DNA of 64,000 nt from a phage, in the sequence record OZ346187.1; one strand, 5' to 3'. Shown piece after piece: positions 38,375-48,087 of this stretch. Position numbers and translations under genes: made by a program. Each line of letters opens with the position of its first letter. Position 1 is the stretch's first letter. Under the pieces are notes generated by a model. That model did no database searches, was not told the origin of the DNA, and worked only from the letters and a program-made list of their open reading frames with translations.

Positions 38375-38391
38375 TATTCTACCTCTAAAAT

Positions 38392-38405
38392 GGGGCCGAA
38401 GCCCC
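38392..38405 (-). promoter_or_regulatory. intergenic hairpin GGGGC-CGAA-GCCCC between nrdA and nrdB
   Basis: Perfect 5-bp GC stem with tetraloop in the 38-nt nrdA-nrdB spacer. Confidence 0.45.
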
Positions 38406-38412
38406 TTTAAAA

Positions 38413-40728
38413 TTATAGTGCACAGCTTTCGCAATACGGATCTTCAACTGAACTATCTGCAATCAAAGGATAGTTCTTTCTGGTTTCATCTTCAGCCTGT
38501 TTCTTGGCATGAAGTTCCTCTGCCAAGGAGTCACCCGCACCAACCCTAGAGTTTAAATAATACCATGTCTTCATTCCGAATTTAGTGGCACGGATAAGGT
38601 ACCCTAGCTGCTCCTTCATTGAAATTTTACCATCTTTCAACTTGGTGTAGTCTATGTATAAATCCGCGCTGATTGCCTGACCTGTGAATTTTTGAATCAC
38701 AGCATACATATCGATCATGTCGTTAGTATCAACGTCCCAAGCCGAAGTGTAATACTCTTTCAACTCATCATAGTCAGGAACGATAAACAGCACCTGCCCT
38801 TGTGGCGACTTTTTAAAGATAATGTGCTCACGGACAGGATAAACCCCGTTAGTGGTGTTTGTTGCCAGCGAAGAGCTTTCATTAGGCATATATGCTTCAA
38901 GAACGCTATTACGTAGCCCACCATTTTCAACGATTTCTTTACGTAACCCTTCCCAATCCTGTTTAAGAGAAGGATCTTTCACCACGCTATCGACCTCTTT
39001 GTTATAGGTGTCGATTGGTAACCAACCTTCTGGATATTTTGTTTTATGCATCCACTCGCAGACACCACGCTCTTTTGCCAACCGTAAACTTGCCTTATGC
39101 AAGCTGTAGCTGTGAAGTTCTGCAAGATCGTGAACGAGCTGTTTACTTTCAGGAGACCCGTAAGTAACCTTGTGGCTGGCAATAAAATGTGCAACATTGG
39201 TAAGGCCAACCCCGATGGATCTGCGTTTTTTAACTGTGCTTTCCATATTTTCATACGGATATGTCATGATTTCCATAACATTGTCAATCATAAGCACCGT
39301 ATAGTATGCAACATCCTCATACTCCTCTGGAGTAACCCTCCCAGCTACAAGAGATGACAGGAAGCACAATGCAACCTCTCCATCATCAGCATCGTACTTG
39401 AAGATATTACGCATATCTGAATAGCCTTTTGTCGGGAGGGCTATTTCTGCACACAGGTTGCTTGAATAGATCACATCTTTAAAAGGTGTATGTCTATTCA
39501 TCTCATCTGTCCAGTATACGTACAGCCTTCCCACCTCAGTGCGCTGCGTGATCAGTTCAACAGCAAGATCTCTAGCTCGGATCCATGTTTTAGGAATACT
39601 GTCATCTTTAGCAATACGATCAACCTCTGCATCAAACTCCTCTATAGACATGGTGAAGATACCCTCATGCAGTTGAGGCGCGTGCTTATAAGAAACAAGC
39701 ATCCAATCTAAATTCTTAGCCACACGGTTGATAAACGACCTATTAATACCGATGGAGTAGTCCATGGTGTTGATTCTTTTTGAAGCAACAGTCATAGGGT
39801 TTCTCAAACGGATTAGCTCATCAATCTGCGGGTCCAGTGCAAGGAATGATACTGTTGCAGAACCACCACGTGATTGTTGTCTGTTCTCCTTAACCCCAGC
39901 ATCAATACCTCGATAATATGGAATCTTACCCATATGTTTAATAGTGTTACCACGAACACCATCGCCTGCAGATCTTGAGGATAAGTAGTAGCCGATACCT
40001 GCTTGGTTAACCGTCATTGTGTACGCAACTTCACGTGCCACACCAATAGATTTTGCTGTATCGTCAGCTTTTATTACACAACAAGATGCATACCCTGTCT
40101 TACCTGTGCGCAGCCCGTTTAAGTACGGTGTCGGGGCATTGATCTTTAAGTCGGACAGGTAAGTGTATAATTTTACAACATCGTTGATACGACGTTCTTT
40201 CGGCATATTCTTCATGACAGCCATTGCTATCCCCATAAACATCATCTGGGGAGATTCAAACAAGGTGTCTTTAAGAGTATCCTTGATCCCGTATTTGTCG
40301 CGAAACTGTTTAAGGACTGCATAGCCATAACCGAGATCTTTACTGTGATCAATAACAGTGCCTAAAGTGTTTAACTCGGTAAAGCTATAACCCATATCCT
40401 CCCAATACCCTTTCTCAACCATGTCGTTGTAAAATGATGGTAAGGAAGGGATCTTTGTAAACCCTCCAAAAGCCTCTTTATAAATCTGACCAATAAGAAC
40501 ACGACCAGCCATACGGGAATGTGCTTCGTCTTTACGGCTAACACAGGAGTCTATGATAGCTTGGTTAACTTCTTTGGTTGTACATCCATCATACAGTCGT
40601 TTGTATGCATCCAGTGCAATGTGTGACCAATTGCCGTTACCGTCGTCACCGAAAATAGCTGCCTTATTTAAACGTTCTGGATCGAATGCCACTTCACATC
40701 CGTTGCTTTTAATTACCTTGGTGATCAA
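38413..40728 (-). CDS. nrdA: ribonucleotide reductase class Ia large subunit
   Basis: ATP-cone N-terminus, active-site NLCAEIALPT, C-terminal Cys pair CESC. Confidence 0.92.
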   Translation of the reverse strand: MITKVIKSNGCEVAFDPERLNKAAIFGDDGNGNWSHIALDAYKRLYDGCTTKEVNQAIIDSCVSRKDEAHSRMAGRVLIGQIYKEAFGGFTKIPSLPSFYNDMVEKGYWEDMGYSFTELNTLGTVIDHSKDLGYGYAVLKQFRDKYGIKDTLKDTLFESPQMMFMGIAMAVMKNMPKERRINDVVKLYTYLSDLKINAPTPYLNGLRTGKTGYASCCVIKADDTAKSIGVAREVAYTMTVNQAGIGYYLSSRSAGDGVRGNTIKHMGKIPYYRGIDAGVKENRQQSRGGSATVSFLALDPQIDELIRLRNPMTVASKRINTMDYSIGINRSFINRVAKNLDWMLVSYKHAPQLHEGIFTMSIEEFDAEVDRIAKDDSIPKTWIRARDLAVELITQRTEVGRLYVYWTDEMNRHTPFKDVIYSSNLCAEIALPTKGYSDMRNIFKYDADDGEVALCFLSSLVAGRVTPEEYEDVAYYTVLMIDNVMEIMTYPYENMESTVKKRRSIGVGLTNVAHFIASHKVTYGSPESKQLVHDLAELHSYSLHKASLRLAKERGVCEWMHKTKYPEGWLPIDTYNKEVDSVVKDPSLKQDWEGLRKEIVENGGLRNSVLEAYMPNESSSLATNTTNGVYPVREHIIFKKSPQGQVLFIVPDYDELKEYYTSAWDVDTNDMIDMYAVIQKFTGQAISADLYIDYTKLKDGKISMKEQLGYLIRATKFGMKTWYYLNSRVGAGDSLAEELHAKKQAEDETRKNYPLIADSSVEDPYCESCAL

Positions 40729-40955
40729 TTTGCTTCCTCCACTTCATTAACGTATTTATCAAGGCAGGTATCAGTATCTTGCTGGATAAAGGTATCCTCT
40801 TCTACAGAGATATTTATAATTTTACCTGTATACTCGTCATAATAAACATCATCATACATTTTAATATCGTTTGTCAGGCCGTTGAACCAAAGCCAACCAA
40901 CATACTCTGCCCGACTTGCAAAACCAAGATCCTTCCACTTGGAGTTATGACTCAT
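40725..40955 (-). CDS. hypothetical protein
   Basis: ORF-track 40725-41033; internal ATG preferred. Confidence 0.4.
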   Translation of the reverse strand: MSHNSKWKDLGFASRAEYVGWLWFNGLTNDIKMYDDVYYDEYTGKIINISVEEDTFIQQDTDTCLDKYVNEVEEAN

Positions 40956-40965
40956 CTTCACCACC

Positions 40966-41466
40966 TTAGCTTTCAATACCGAATAATTTTTCCAGGCGAT
41001 GCAGATCTTCAAAATTAAAAGGTTCATCAACAATATGAATATCTTCAGCCTTTTCAGATTGTTTTGTATACTTTCTTACATTAACACGATCCTCTACAGG
41101 GATATCATACGGAAGATCTTGAACAAGCATTGCCTCACCGGGTGCTTTATCTACATCTAAAATATCTACACCGTTATACATTTGCGGGTATCTAAAGTCT
41201 GCACGCATGACACCAGCAAATACATCTGCCTTTCGATAATGTGTTGGCTTATTTTTGCATCGAACGTTTTTTCCACGAAGAACATCAATACTTTTTAAAT
41301 CAAACCCTACGGCAAAGAGTGCAGCTCGGAGACCGTTTCGTGTGCGAACGTTAAACCCGGGAACGGTAGATAGGAAATCCAAAGTAACTGAAATAAATGT
41401 CTTTTTAGGAATCATAACATTACTCATATCTGTCTCCATTTCTGGCCCACTAACAAAGTGAGCCAT
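40966..41466 (-). CDS. hypothetical protein
   Basis: ORF downstream of a minus-strand promoter; no recognisable motif. Confidence 0.45.
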   Translation of the reverse strand: MAHFVSGPEMETDMSNVMIPKKTFISVTLDFLSTVPGFNVRTRNGLRAALFAVGFDLKSIDVLRGKNVRCKNKPTHYRKADVFAGVMRADFRYPQMYNGVDILDVDKAPGEAMLVQDLPYDIPVEDRVNVRKYTKQSEKAEDIHIVDEPFNFEDLHRLEKLFGIES

Positions 41467-41496
41467 TATTATAGATTATCTAATACTATTAGTCAA
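41467..41496 (-). promoter_or_regulatory. sigma70-like promoter on minus strand (TTGACT-18-TATAAT)
   Basis: Reverse complement gives TTGACT ... TATAAT upstream of ORF 41466. Confidence 0.5.
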
Positions 41497-41499
41497 CAC

Positions 41500-41524
41500 A
41501 AAAATTACCTATCGCTGTGATAGG
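41500..41524 (-). terminator. putative terminator hairpin CCTATC-N5-GATAGG + T-rich tail
   Basis: 6-bp inverted repeat immediately downstream of the thyX stop. Confidence 0.45.
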
Positions 41525-41525
41525 A

Positions 41526-42509
41526 TTAACCTTTCACGAAGTGGTTATTAAGCAGTTGTCTGTGCTGAACCCACCCACAAAAGTTGGCAGACCAGAATTT
41601 ACCATCACGATCTTGATGGGTTACACCTTCCTGCCAAGTACTGATGTCTTGTGTGATTTCACATGAAGACAGGTAGTAGTTTAAACGTTCCATTGCGTTA
41701 TCGTGATCCATAGGTGTCGCCTGGTGCTCGTAAGGGCTTGCATGAATACGATCCCCACCAATCAATTTTTTAGCCACACTGTCTGCCTTTTCAAACGTGC
41801 TGTCAATATTTCGATAAGATACTTGTGCACAGCAACTAGCACTGATAGACAGAGCTTCTTTAGTATCGAGAATGCAAAGCTTTCCTTCTGTGTCACGTAC
41901 AGCGTAGTTAAACTCTCCGTCCAAATAAACGTGCTCTACATATGGGGTGTGCCATTGACCCGGTTTAAGGATTTCAGGAGTGCTATTCCCAAGAGCCTCC
42001 CACATACAATTAGCCAACATCTGAATCGTAGGATCCGCATCGTGCCAGCAACGGAGGTGGAAAAAATTATTCCACTCGGTGCTTGTTACAACTGTTTTCA
42101 TGCGCTGGAATGGCTCCACTAAGCGGTTACATACTTGCTTATGGTAACCAGCAAGGGCGAACTTCTCTGCATGCCAAGCGGCGTTTTTTGCAGCTTCTTT
42201 CCAAAACTCTTCAGGAGTTAGCTCCATGTCAGTGTACTCTACACGGATCTTTTGATCGTGTTCCCCACCATCTTCCATTCCTCGCTTATTTACACCGAAG
42301 CGAACTGGCATTGCCGGATTCTCCACAATCTGTTGCAGCATCTTGCCGACAGGTACTGCACGGGAAGACATGGCGTTTCGGCTGAACACTCGGTGCGTCA
42401 TAAGCTCTGAGTGAATAATTCGAGGATACTCTAGTTCAAAAGTGGTGATACGCTTACCTTTCTCGGAAATGCTGTCAGCAATAATCTTTGCAGTGCACAG
42501 TTTTAGCAT
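41526..42509 (-). CDS. thyX: flavin-dependent thymidylate synthase
   Basis: ThyX-like signature THRVFSRNAMSSRA (RHR-x7-S-type motif). Confidence 0.6.
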   Translation of the reverse strand: MLKLCTAKIIADSISEKGKRITTFELEYPRIIHSELMTHRVFSRNAMSSRAVPVGKMLQQIVENPAMPVRFGVNKRGMEDGGEHDQKIRVEYTDMELTPEEFWKEAAKNAAWHAEKFALAGYHKQVCNRLVEPFQRMKTVVTSTEWNNFFHLRCWHDADPTIQMLANCMWEALGNSTPEILKPGQWHTPYVEHVYLDGEFNYAVRDTEGKLCILDTKEALSISASCCAQVSYRNIDSTFEKADSVAKKLIGGDRIHASPYEHQATPMDHDNAMERLNYYLSSCEITQDISTWQEGVTHQDRDGKFWSANFCGWVQHRQLLNNHFVKG

Positions 42510-42709
42510 TATTTAGCTCTCCTTGTTTTAATTTTGGAAATTTCGTCTGGGTTTATGTTGGCCTTAAATGCAAGGTATCTGTTGAACATGTCAGAGCACA
42601 TATCTTGGGTGATCCTAGAGGCATACACTAGCTTACCTCCTAGATCATACACCTCTAGCCAGTCACCGTATCTGACTACAGGATCGCCACCTTTAGAACA
42701 TCTGCCCAT
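42509..42709 (-). CDS. hypothetical protein
   Basis: ORF-track ORF. Confidence 0.4.
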   Translation of the reverse strand: MGRCSKGGDPVVRYGDWLEVYDLGGKLVYASRITQDMCSDMFNRYLAFKANINPDEISKIKTRRAK

Positions 42710-42710
42710 T

Positions 42711-43304
42711 TCAAATACCTTCTAAAAATTTTCCTATTTTATACCAGCTATTAGCGGTATAGTCAACACTGACCTTTAACTCCTCGAATTGCTCATAAGG
42801 CGTATCTTTTAGGATTTTAATAACTTCAGGTCGTGAAGCGAATTGGTTCAGGTATTCATGCCTGTCGTCAATTATAACATCTACAGCCACATTCCCTTTG
42901 AAATGTGTGGCGTAGAAGCCGTGGCCCTGGGTGTGATCGTCCAGATCCATAAAATCACTGGTCCAACGCTTTAAGAACCTTGATTTAGATGCAAGGTGAC
43001 CTTTCTTGCATACCGAGATAAATGCAAGCTTGTGACCACGAGCCACCAAATCTTTCATAACCTCAATAGCCCCCTCTTCAGGCTTAAGGAAGTCGTAGAG
43101 GAACGGATCACTCCAGAAATCAAAAGGTCCTATGATGTTTTCTTTGGGACGATCAGGCCAATACTTTGACAGATCGTAGTACATTAGCCCATTAGAAGGT
43201 TTAGCTACTGTCTTACTGGCTGGACCATACAAACGCTCCAACCACTCCCACCATGCTGTTCCTGAATCTACCAGTGTCAGATCTACATCAATTCCGATTA
43301 ACAT
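42711..43304 (-). CDS. HAD-family phosphatase, likely 5'-deoxynucleotidase
   Basis: HAD motif I IGIDVDLTL (DxDxT). Confidence 0.5.
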   Translation of the reverse strand: MLIGIDVDLTLVDSGTAWWEWLERLYGPASKTVAKPSNGLMYYDLSKYWPDRPKENIIGPFDFWSDPFLYDFLKPEEGAIEVMKDLVARGHKLAFISVCKKGHLASKSRFLKRWTSDFMDLDDHTQGHGFYATHFKGNVAVDVIIDDRHEYLNQFASRPEVIKILKDTPYEQFEELKVSVDYTANSWYKIGKFLEGI

Positions 43305-43912
43305 TCTTCTTGGGCCTCTTTAGCATCAATATACTTGCACACAATCTCCGATGCACACTCCCAAGGTGCACCTTCAGGGTTTACAACATCAAACTCAACC
43401 CCTTTTATTCCGTTCTTTTCCAGACTTAGATAGGTTCTGGAATCATTTCCCCAGTCATATCCTACACGGTGAATACGGAACAACAACAGATCTCCACCTG
43501 TGCTGTATGCGTACTCGCTAAGGCATGCCAGCTCCTCTTTGAATCCCCCATCGGAGTAAACAATAACCCCTTTACCTTCAGGGAAATCTTTCTTCAAAGA
43601 TGCGACTGAGGCTTTACCGAAAGCATCTTCACCAAAGATAGGTTTAATCAGATTTTCACTACAATGGATCATCCATTCTCGCGGAGAAACATGCTTGCCG
43701 TCTATCATTAAGAAAGGGCAAGGCTCTTCTTTGTAGTGGCGGTCATAAAGTGCATTCCAGAGTTGAGGAGTTACACCAGCTGCCTTAATTGCCACACTGA
43801 AGAGCATTTCCTTAACCTCACGGTGGTGTGAGTTAGGAATAGCTTCCAACAAGAGATCTGCAATGTGATCCTTACCACTGCTGGGTGGGGCGTTAAGAAC
43901 AATAATATCCAT
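43298..43912 (-). CDS. deoxynucleoside monophosphate kinase
   Basis: P-loop LNAPPSSGKD near N-terminus, resembling T4 gp1 dNMP kinase. Confidence 0.6.
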   Translation of the reverse strand: MDIIVLNAPPSSGKDHIADLLLEAIPNSHHREVKEMLFSVAIKAAGVTPQLWNALYDRHYKEEPCPFLMIDGKHVSPREWMIHCSENLIKPIFGEDAFGKASVASLKKDFPEGKGVIVYSDGGFKEELACLSEYAYSTGGDLLLFRIHRVGYDWGNDSRTYLSLEKNGIKGVEFDVVNPEGAPWECASEIVCKYIDAKEAQEEC

Positions 43913-44115
43913 TAAAAACCTCCGTGGTATTCTTCAACTGCATCAATAATACTTTTACACTTATCTACCAGCTCGTTAGCCACTACAGCATCGTCTTCCC
44001 AAACAGCCTCCTCAATCTGATCAAGCAATGATCGCATCTTACTCATCATTTCTGGGATAAAGTTTTCTGAAAAGCTGTCTGGAATTGTTAACTCTAGTGT
44101 CATTTCGGTCTCCAA
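43912..44115 (-). CDS. hypothetical acidic protein
   Basis: ORF-track ORF. Confidence 0.4.
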   Translation of the reverse strand: METEMTLELTIPDSFSENFIPEMMSKMRSLLDQIEEAVWEDDAVVANELVDKCKSIIDAVEEYHGGF

Positions 44116-44130
44116 TCATACTATGCGTTA

Positions 44131-44589
44131 TTAGAAGTTTGTTTTTACACGTCCCTTCTCATCAACCTCGTTGTTAGCTAAAAGCGTTACAAAGTCTGTG
44201 AAACGAACATGAAGAACCCTTTTCTTATCAAGGTATCCTAAAGCCACCCCTGAGAAATTTAGCATCAAAGGGGCTAAAGAAGCTCTGGCACTGAAATGCT
44301 GTTGTTCTACCCTTCCAACACCCTTAGTGTAGGATGGGTTAAGATTGTAAGTTCTGAATCCCAGTTTTGTTGGAGCTTTAGAATTAAAAACGACTTTATA
44401 GCGTTTCTTACTCAACTTATGCTCCAGGATAAGCATTCCCTTATCACCTTTGATAAGTTGAAAATCTGTAAAGTGCTCTTTTAAGACGAAAGGTAGTGCC
44501 AGTCCCATCGCCTGTCCTCTTTGTACCGCTGTCTCACCAAAAGCTTTTGCATCAGTAAGTTCTTTGGTCAAGTCTATGCTTTTGATCAT
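44131..44589 (-). CDS. hypothetical protein
   Basis: ORF-track ORF. Confidence 0.45.
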   Translation of the reverse strand: MIKSIDLTKELTDAKAFGETAVQRGQAMGLALPFVLKEHFTDFQLIKGDKGMLILEHKLSKKRYKVVFNSKAPTKLGFRTYNLNPSYTKGVGRVEQQHFSARASLAPLMLNFSGVALGYLDKKRVLHVRFTDFVTLLANNEVDEKGRVKTNF

Positions 44590-45400
44590 ACCTGGTCTCC
44601 AAAATGTATTGTAGTTCTTTCTTACCTATACTCTTCATTCCAGCAGTCTTACCTGCTTCTTCTTGAAAAGAAGAATAGCATTCAGCAAACACTCTGTCAA
44701 CACCGTTAACTAAAGATTTTATGAAATATGTTGATTCTTCAGATTTTGGGTCATCATCCCCCAATACTTTTCCAGCATTATACCCAACACGTCTTACACA
44801 GAAGTCGTAGTCATCTGGTGTGCTAAAAGAAAATAACTTATTCTCTCCAATCTCTACAGGATCCCTATTGCACGCCTTTTTCTCCCAAATTTGGAAAACA
44901 CATGGCACGTCATAAGGTTTGCCATTAAGTAAAAACGAATTCTTAGGGCACCTTTCGCTGTAGACAAGGTGCATCGACATGTCCAGTTTGTTTGCAAAAA
45001 ATATTTTTTCAAATGTCCGTGGCAAGATGAAGGCTATAGCCCCTCCAAGCTCTAGCAATGATGCACAATGGTTAAAGAATTTGCAAGCTAAGGATGAATT
45101 CTTGCCAAATGGTGGGTTACCTATGAAGACATCTGCCTTGGGATGCACCTCCAAGAAGTTTGCCTGAATGCACGGTGTTGGTCCTTCAAATTCAGGATCT
45201 GGTACTAAATCGTACGACAGTATCTCTGAAAATAGTTTTGAAAAAGAACCCCTTCCAGCAGAAGGCTCAACGTATGCACAATTCCCATACTTATCTTTTA
45301 CTTTACCAACAAGATATTCTGCATACTCAGGGTTTGTGTAGTATTTGTCGTTGGACTCTTTCTTGCTCAAAGTGCCTCCAAAAGGAAAAGGGAGGCGCAA
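44552..45400 (-). CDS. DNA N6-adenine methyltransferase (start codon uncertain)
   Basis: AdoMet motif VEPSAGRGSF and catalytic motif IGNPPFG (NPPF). Confidence 0.65.
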   Translation of the reverse strand: MRLPFPFGGTLSKKESNDKYYTNPEYAEYLVGKVKDKYGNCAYVEPSAGRGSFSKLFSEILSYDLVPDPEFEGPTPCIQANFLEVHPKADVFIGNPPFGKNSSLACKFFNHCASLLELGGAIAFILPRTFEKIFFANKLDMSMHLVYSERCPKNSFLLNGKPYDVPCVFQIWEKKACNRDPVEIGENKLFSFSTPDDYDFCVRRVGYNAGKVLGDDDPKSEESTYFIKSLVNGVDRVFAECYSSFQEEAGKTAGMKSIGKKELQYILETRYDQKHRLDQRTY

Positions 45401-45407
45401 GCCTCCC
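45381..45407 (-). terminator. rho-independent terminator GGGAGGC-GCAA-GCCTCCC + T-run (minus strand)
   Basis: Perfect 7-bp stem and T-rich tail downstream of the exonuclease gene. Confidence 0.55.
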
Positions 45408-45415
45408 TATAATTG

Positions 45416-46399
45416 TTAGATTATCTGAATCAGGGTATTTTTCATTTCTTCTCTGGTGCGGATGTTGTTACGGTCACGAACAACAGATCCACAACCTTCG
45501 CAGCGGTATGTTTTAAATGCACTCAGTTGAGTATACGCCAAAGCTTCTTCCTCGTGAAGGTGTTCTCCACCACAGCGTGGGCAACGAACTTTTGGCTCCT
45601 CATCCTGGTAGTACAATGACATGTTGGGGTGCTGCTTAGCAAACGGGCGAGCCAGCAAATACAGGCCTTCCAGAGATAGGATATCGCCAACATTGTACTC
45701 CCGCATCTGTTTAAACGCCTCAAGATCACCGTGAACACACTTGATCCACATTTCAAATGTGTGGTCAATCAGTTTCTGTCGGGCAAGTTGGAAGTATTTG
45801 CATGCATACTCCAAAGTGTTTGCATTCAAACGGAATGCCTTCTTGATCATTTTAAGGGTGTCAACCTCTTTGTAGGGGCTTGTTGGAGGCAATCCGTGAA
45901 ATGCAAATCGTTGGTTGGCCCACCCACAGTCAAAACCTGAATTGTGGGCTACTGCGACATCACATTTATCCAGATAATACCACAAATCCTGAATCAATTC
46001 GAGATCATTGTGAATATCCTCATCCCACATTTTGTAATCAGGAAGAGCGCAGTCAACCACACTAGGACTGTCTAACCACTTACCTGCGAAAGTTAGCATG
46101 TAGGGCATAATTTCAATACCGCAGGTTTGAATGTTGGTCTTATAGTGCCCAAAGAACCAGCCGTTTGTTGGAGATGTCTCTGTATCATACACCCAAACTT
46201 TAGCACCTTTGTGCTCTTCAAGGAAGCGCTCCGTTGCTTCTCCTACAATCTCTGACATATTCTCTTGTGCACGTTTAAGCTGTAGTCGGATCCAGCTCTC
46301 ACGTGACTCACGGCCTAAAAATTCACGAGCAATTTGTCTATTAGTGTATCCCTGTTGCTTTAGTGTTAAAATTTGCTCAAGAGTTAACTTTGTCATCAT
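45416..46399 (-). CDS. DEDD-family 3'-5' exonuclease (DnaQ-like) with N-terminal HTH-like region
   Basis: Exo I VWVYDTETS, Exo II VAHNSGFD, Exo III YNVGDI. Confidence 0.6.
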   Translation of the reverse strand: MMTKLTLEQILTLKQQGYTNRQIAREFLGRESRESWIRLQLKRAQENMSEIVGEATERFLEEHKGAKVWVYDTETSPTNGWFFGHYKTNIQTCGIEIMPYMLTFAGKWLDSPSVVDCALPDYKMWDEDIHNDLELIQDLWYYLDKCDVAVAHNSGFDCGWANQRFAFHGLPPTSPYKEVDTLKMIKKAFRLNANTLEYACKYFQLARQKLIDHTFEMWIKCVHGDLEAFKQMREYNVGDILSLEGLYLLARPFAKQHPNMSLYYQDEEPKVRCPRCGGEHLHEEEALAYTQLSAFKTYRCEGCGSVVRDRNNIRTREEMKNTLIQII

Positions 46400-46411
46400 C
46401 GTTAAGATTCC

Positions 46412-46633
46412 TTAGTAAAACTGAAGAATGTCTTTTAAAGCGAAGTCACGATATTCGCCCTTGTCTACATCGAAGGCACGCATCAACCACTGCTCTTCTT
46501 TATGATACTCTGTAGAGCCAAACCATAAATTAGGCTCAGTAACGCAGCGATCTGCAACAACACCTTTCCAGTTACGGTATTTCATCCTGATCAGGACTGA
46601 GTCGCAAGGATTGAATACCTTTTTCATCCCCAT
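46412..46633 (-). CDS. hypothetical protein
   Basis: ORF-track ORF. Confidence 0.4.
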   Translation of the reverse strand: MGMKKVFNPCDSVLIRMKYRNWKGVVADRCVTEPNLWFGSTEYHKEEQWLMRAFDVDKGEYRDFALKDILQFY

Positions 46634-47177
46634 AGAAATCTCTCTCCTCAGTTTTCTTTATAAACTCCTGCATGTAGGACTCAATAGCCTCATGCTTGGT
46701 GCACTCTGGATTAATGACAAGATTGAGATCTGATTCTGCTCGTGCAATGATCGTAGCTTTAGAGCATCTCCTCAAGAACTTTGTCATATCATCTCTGTAG
46801 TTTTTGTGGAGCGGGAAGTCGCTGTAGTCTTTCTCCAAATAGTCAGCCATCCGGCGCAACGCCTCTGATAAACTGCAATCTGTATACTCGTTACAGTATT
46901 TCATCCAGTATTTAAGCACATACCCCTCAAAGGTATTAGTGCATTGTGACAAAACACCCCTGCAACGACCAGTCAGATGGTCATGATCCAAACAAGGCTT
47001 ACGAAGTGGCTCGCACAAGATCGGATCAAGACCATCCTGCTCCTCTGACAATTCTTTTCGAAAGTTGGCTATGTCCTTAGAATCTTTTAGCCACCCGCTA
47101 TGAACGGGGGCTTTGACAGCTTTCTTTCTTATTTTACGCTTTGCGATAACCCCTCCAGATGCGCCCTGCCTATCCAA
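46572..47177 (-). CDS. endonuclease VII-family (HNH-like) nuclease
   Basis: CLDHDHLTGRCRGVL matches the T4 endonuclease VII core (DHDH-TG-RG). Confidence 0.6.
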   Translation of the reverse strand: MDRQGASGGVIAKRKIRKKAVKAPVHSGWLKDSKDIANFRKELSEEQDGLDPILCEPLRKPCLDHDHLTGRCRGVLSQCTNTFEGYVLKYWMKYCNEYTDCSLSEALRRMADYLEKDYSDFPLHKNYRDDMTKFLRRCSKATIIARAESDLNLVINPECTKHEAIESYMQEFIKKTEERDFYGDEKGIQSLRLSPDQDEIP

Positions 47178-47758
47178 TAAGCATCGGCGAGATCGGCCTT
47201 ACCTTGTACCAAATTGATCCCATCTAGGAACCCAGGTTCAGATACTTCGCAGGCCTTAACCATCAACTTTTTATCCATCGTAACAGGTTTCTTCACAGTA
47301 TGCTCTTTACCTGTCTTTTTGTCAAGCTTTTTCTTCTCCTCAAAAGCAAGTTCCTCAGGAAGATGACTACGAGCAAACTTTTTGGCAGTTGTTGGTGTCA
47401 CGGTGTGGACCTTAAACAGGCCGTCATTTTCACAATCAGCTAAAGCATCCCAAAGCATAACTTCAAGACCGTAAAACAACCCAGCCAGTTCGCGTGTGGC
47501 ATCCCCGCGTGATCCAAAGGAAAGCCCTTCCATAACCACGGTGTCAACGCCGTGCGTGTGGATGTAATATCTGACCTGTTTGCAGATCCAGTCAATACGC
47601 TCAGCAGCTGTTGCAAAAGAAACCGTCCCTGGTTTCTTCTCTTTTGCAGATGAGCTTTGAGTTCGTAACACAACCTTATGAACAGGCTTTCCATCGTCCC
47701 ATACAACGCAAGCTGTGTGTGTCAACGACTGGTCTATGGATAATAGACGCTCTCTCAT
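47129..47758 (-). CDS. RuvC-like Holliday junction resolvase
   Basis: LLSIDQSLTHTACVVWDD and TVVMEGLSFG resemble RuvC catalytic motifs. Confidence 0.55.
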   Translation of the reverse strand: MRERLLSIDQSLTHTACVVWDDGKPVHKVVLRTQSSSAKEKKPGTVSFATAAERIDWICKQVRYYIHTHGVDTVVMEGLSFGSRGDATRELAGLFYGLEVMLWDALADCENDGLFKVHTVTPTTAKKFARSHLPEELAFEEKKKLDKKTGKEHTVKKPVTMDKKLMVKACEVSEPGFLDGINLVQGKADLADAYWIGRAHLEGLSQSVK

Positions 47759-48087
47759 GCTTCCTCGTCCTCCTCTCCTTCATCAGGAGCATAAGCCTTA
47801 TCTTTGAACAAGACGAGAGAGCAAAGCTTAACATCTGTTTCCACACTGGTGAACATGCATAACCGCTCGCCCTCAATCAGCTCACAATCCTCTTTTAAAA
47901 CAGCAGACCATACACGGTCATCTGCGTAATCATCCGTGTACAGGATGTATGAAATGGTGTCATCTTCATACAACCGCCACATACCTGTGGCAACAACGAA
48001 TGTATTTTTTGTTTTAAGTGTCCCTGTTGTGTGATCATCCTCAAAAACAGCTTCCATAATTGCGTTATCTACAGCATTTTTAGTCAT
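47755..48087 (-). CDS. hypothetical acidic protein
   Basis: ORF-track ORF. Confidence 0.45.
   Translation of the reverse strand: MTKNAVDNAIMEAVFEDDHTTGTLKTKNTFVVATGMWRLYEDDTISYILYTDDYADDRVWSAVLKEDCELIEGERLCMFTSVETDVKLCSLVLFKDKAYAPDEGEEDEEA

Noticed and set aside
40966-41466. Dihydrofolate reductase call for the ORF next to thyX
   Set aside because: Position is suggestive, but no DHFR-like glycine-rich NADPH motif was recognisable by eye; left as hypothetical.
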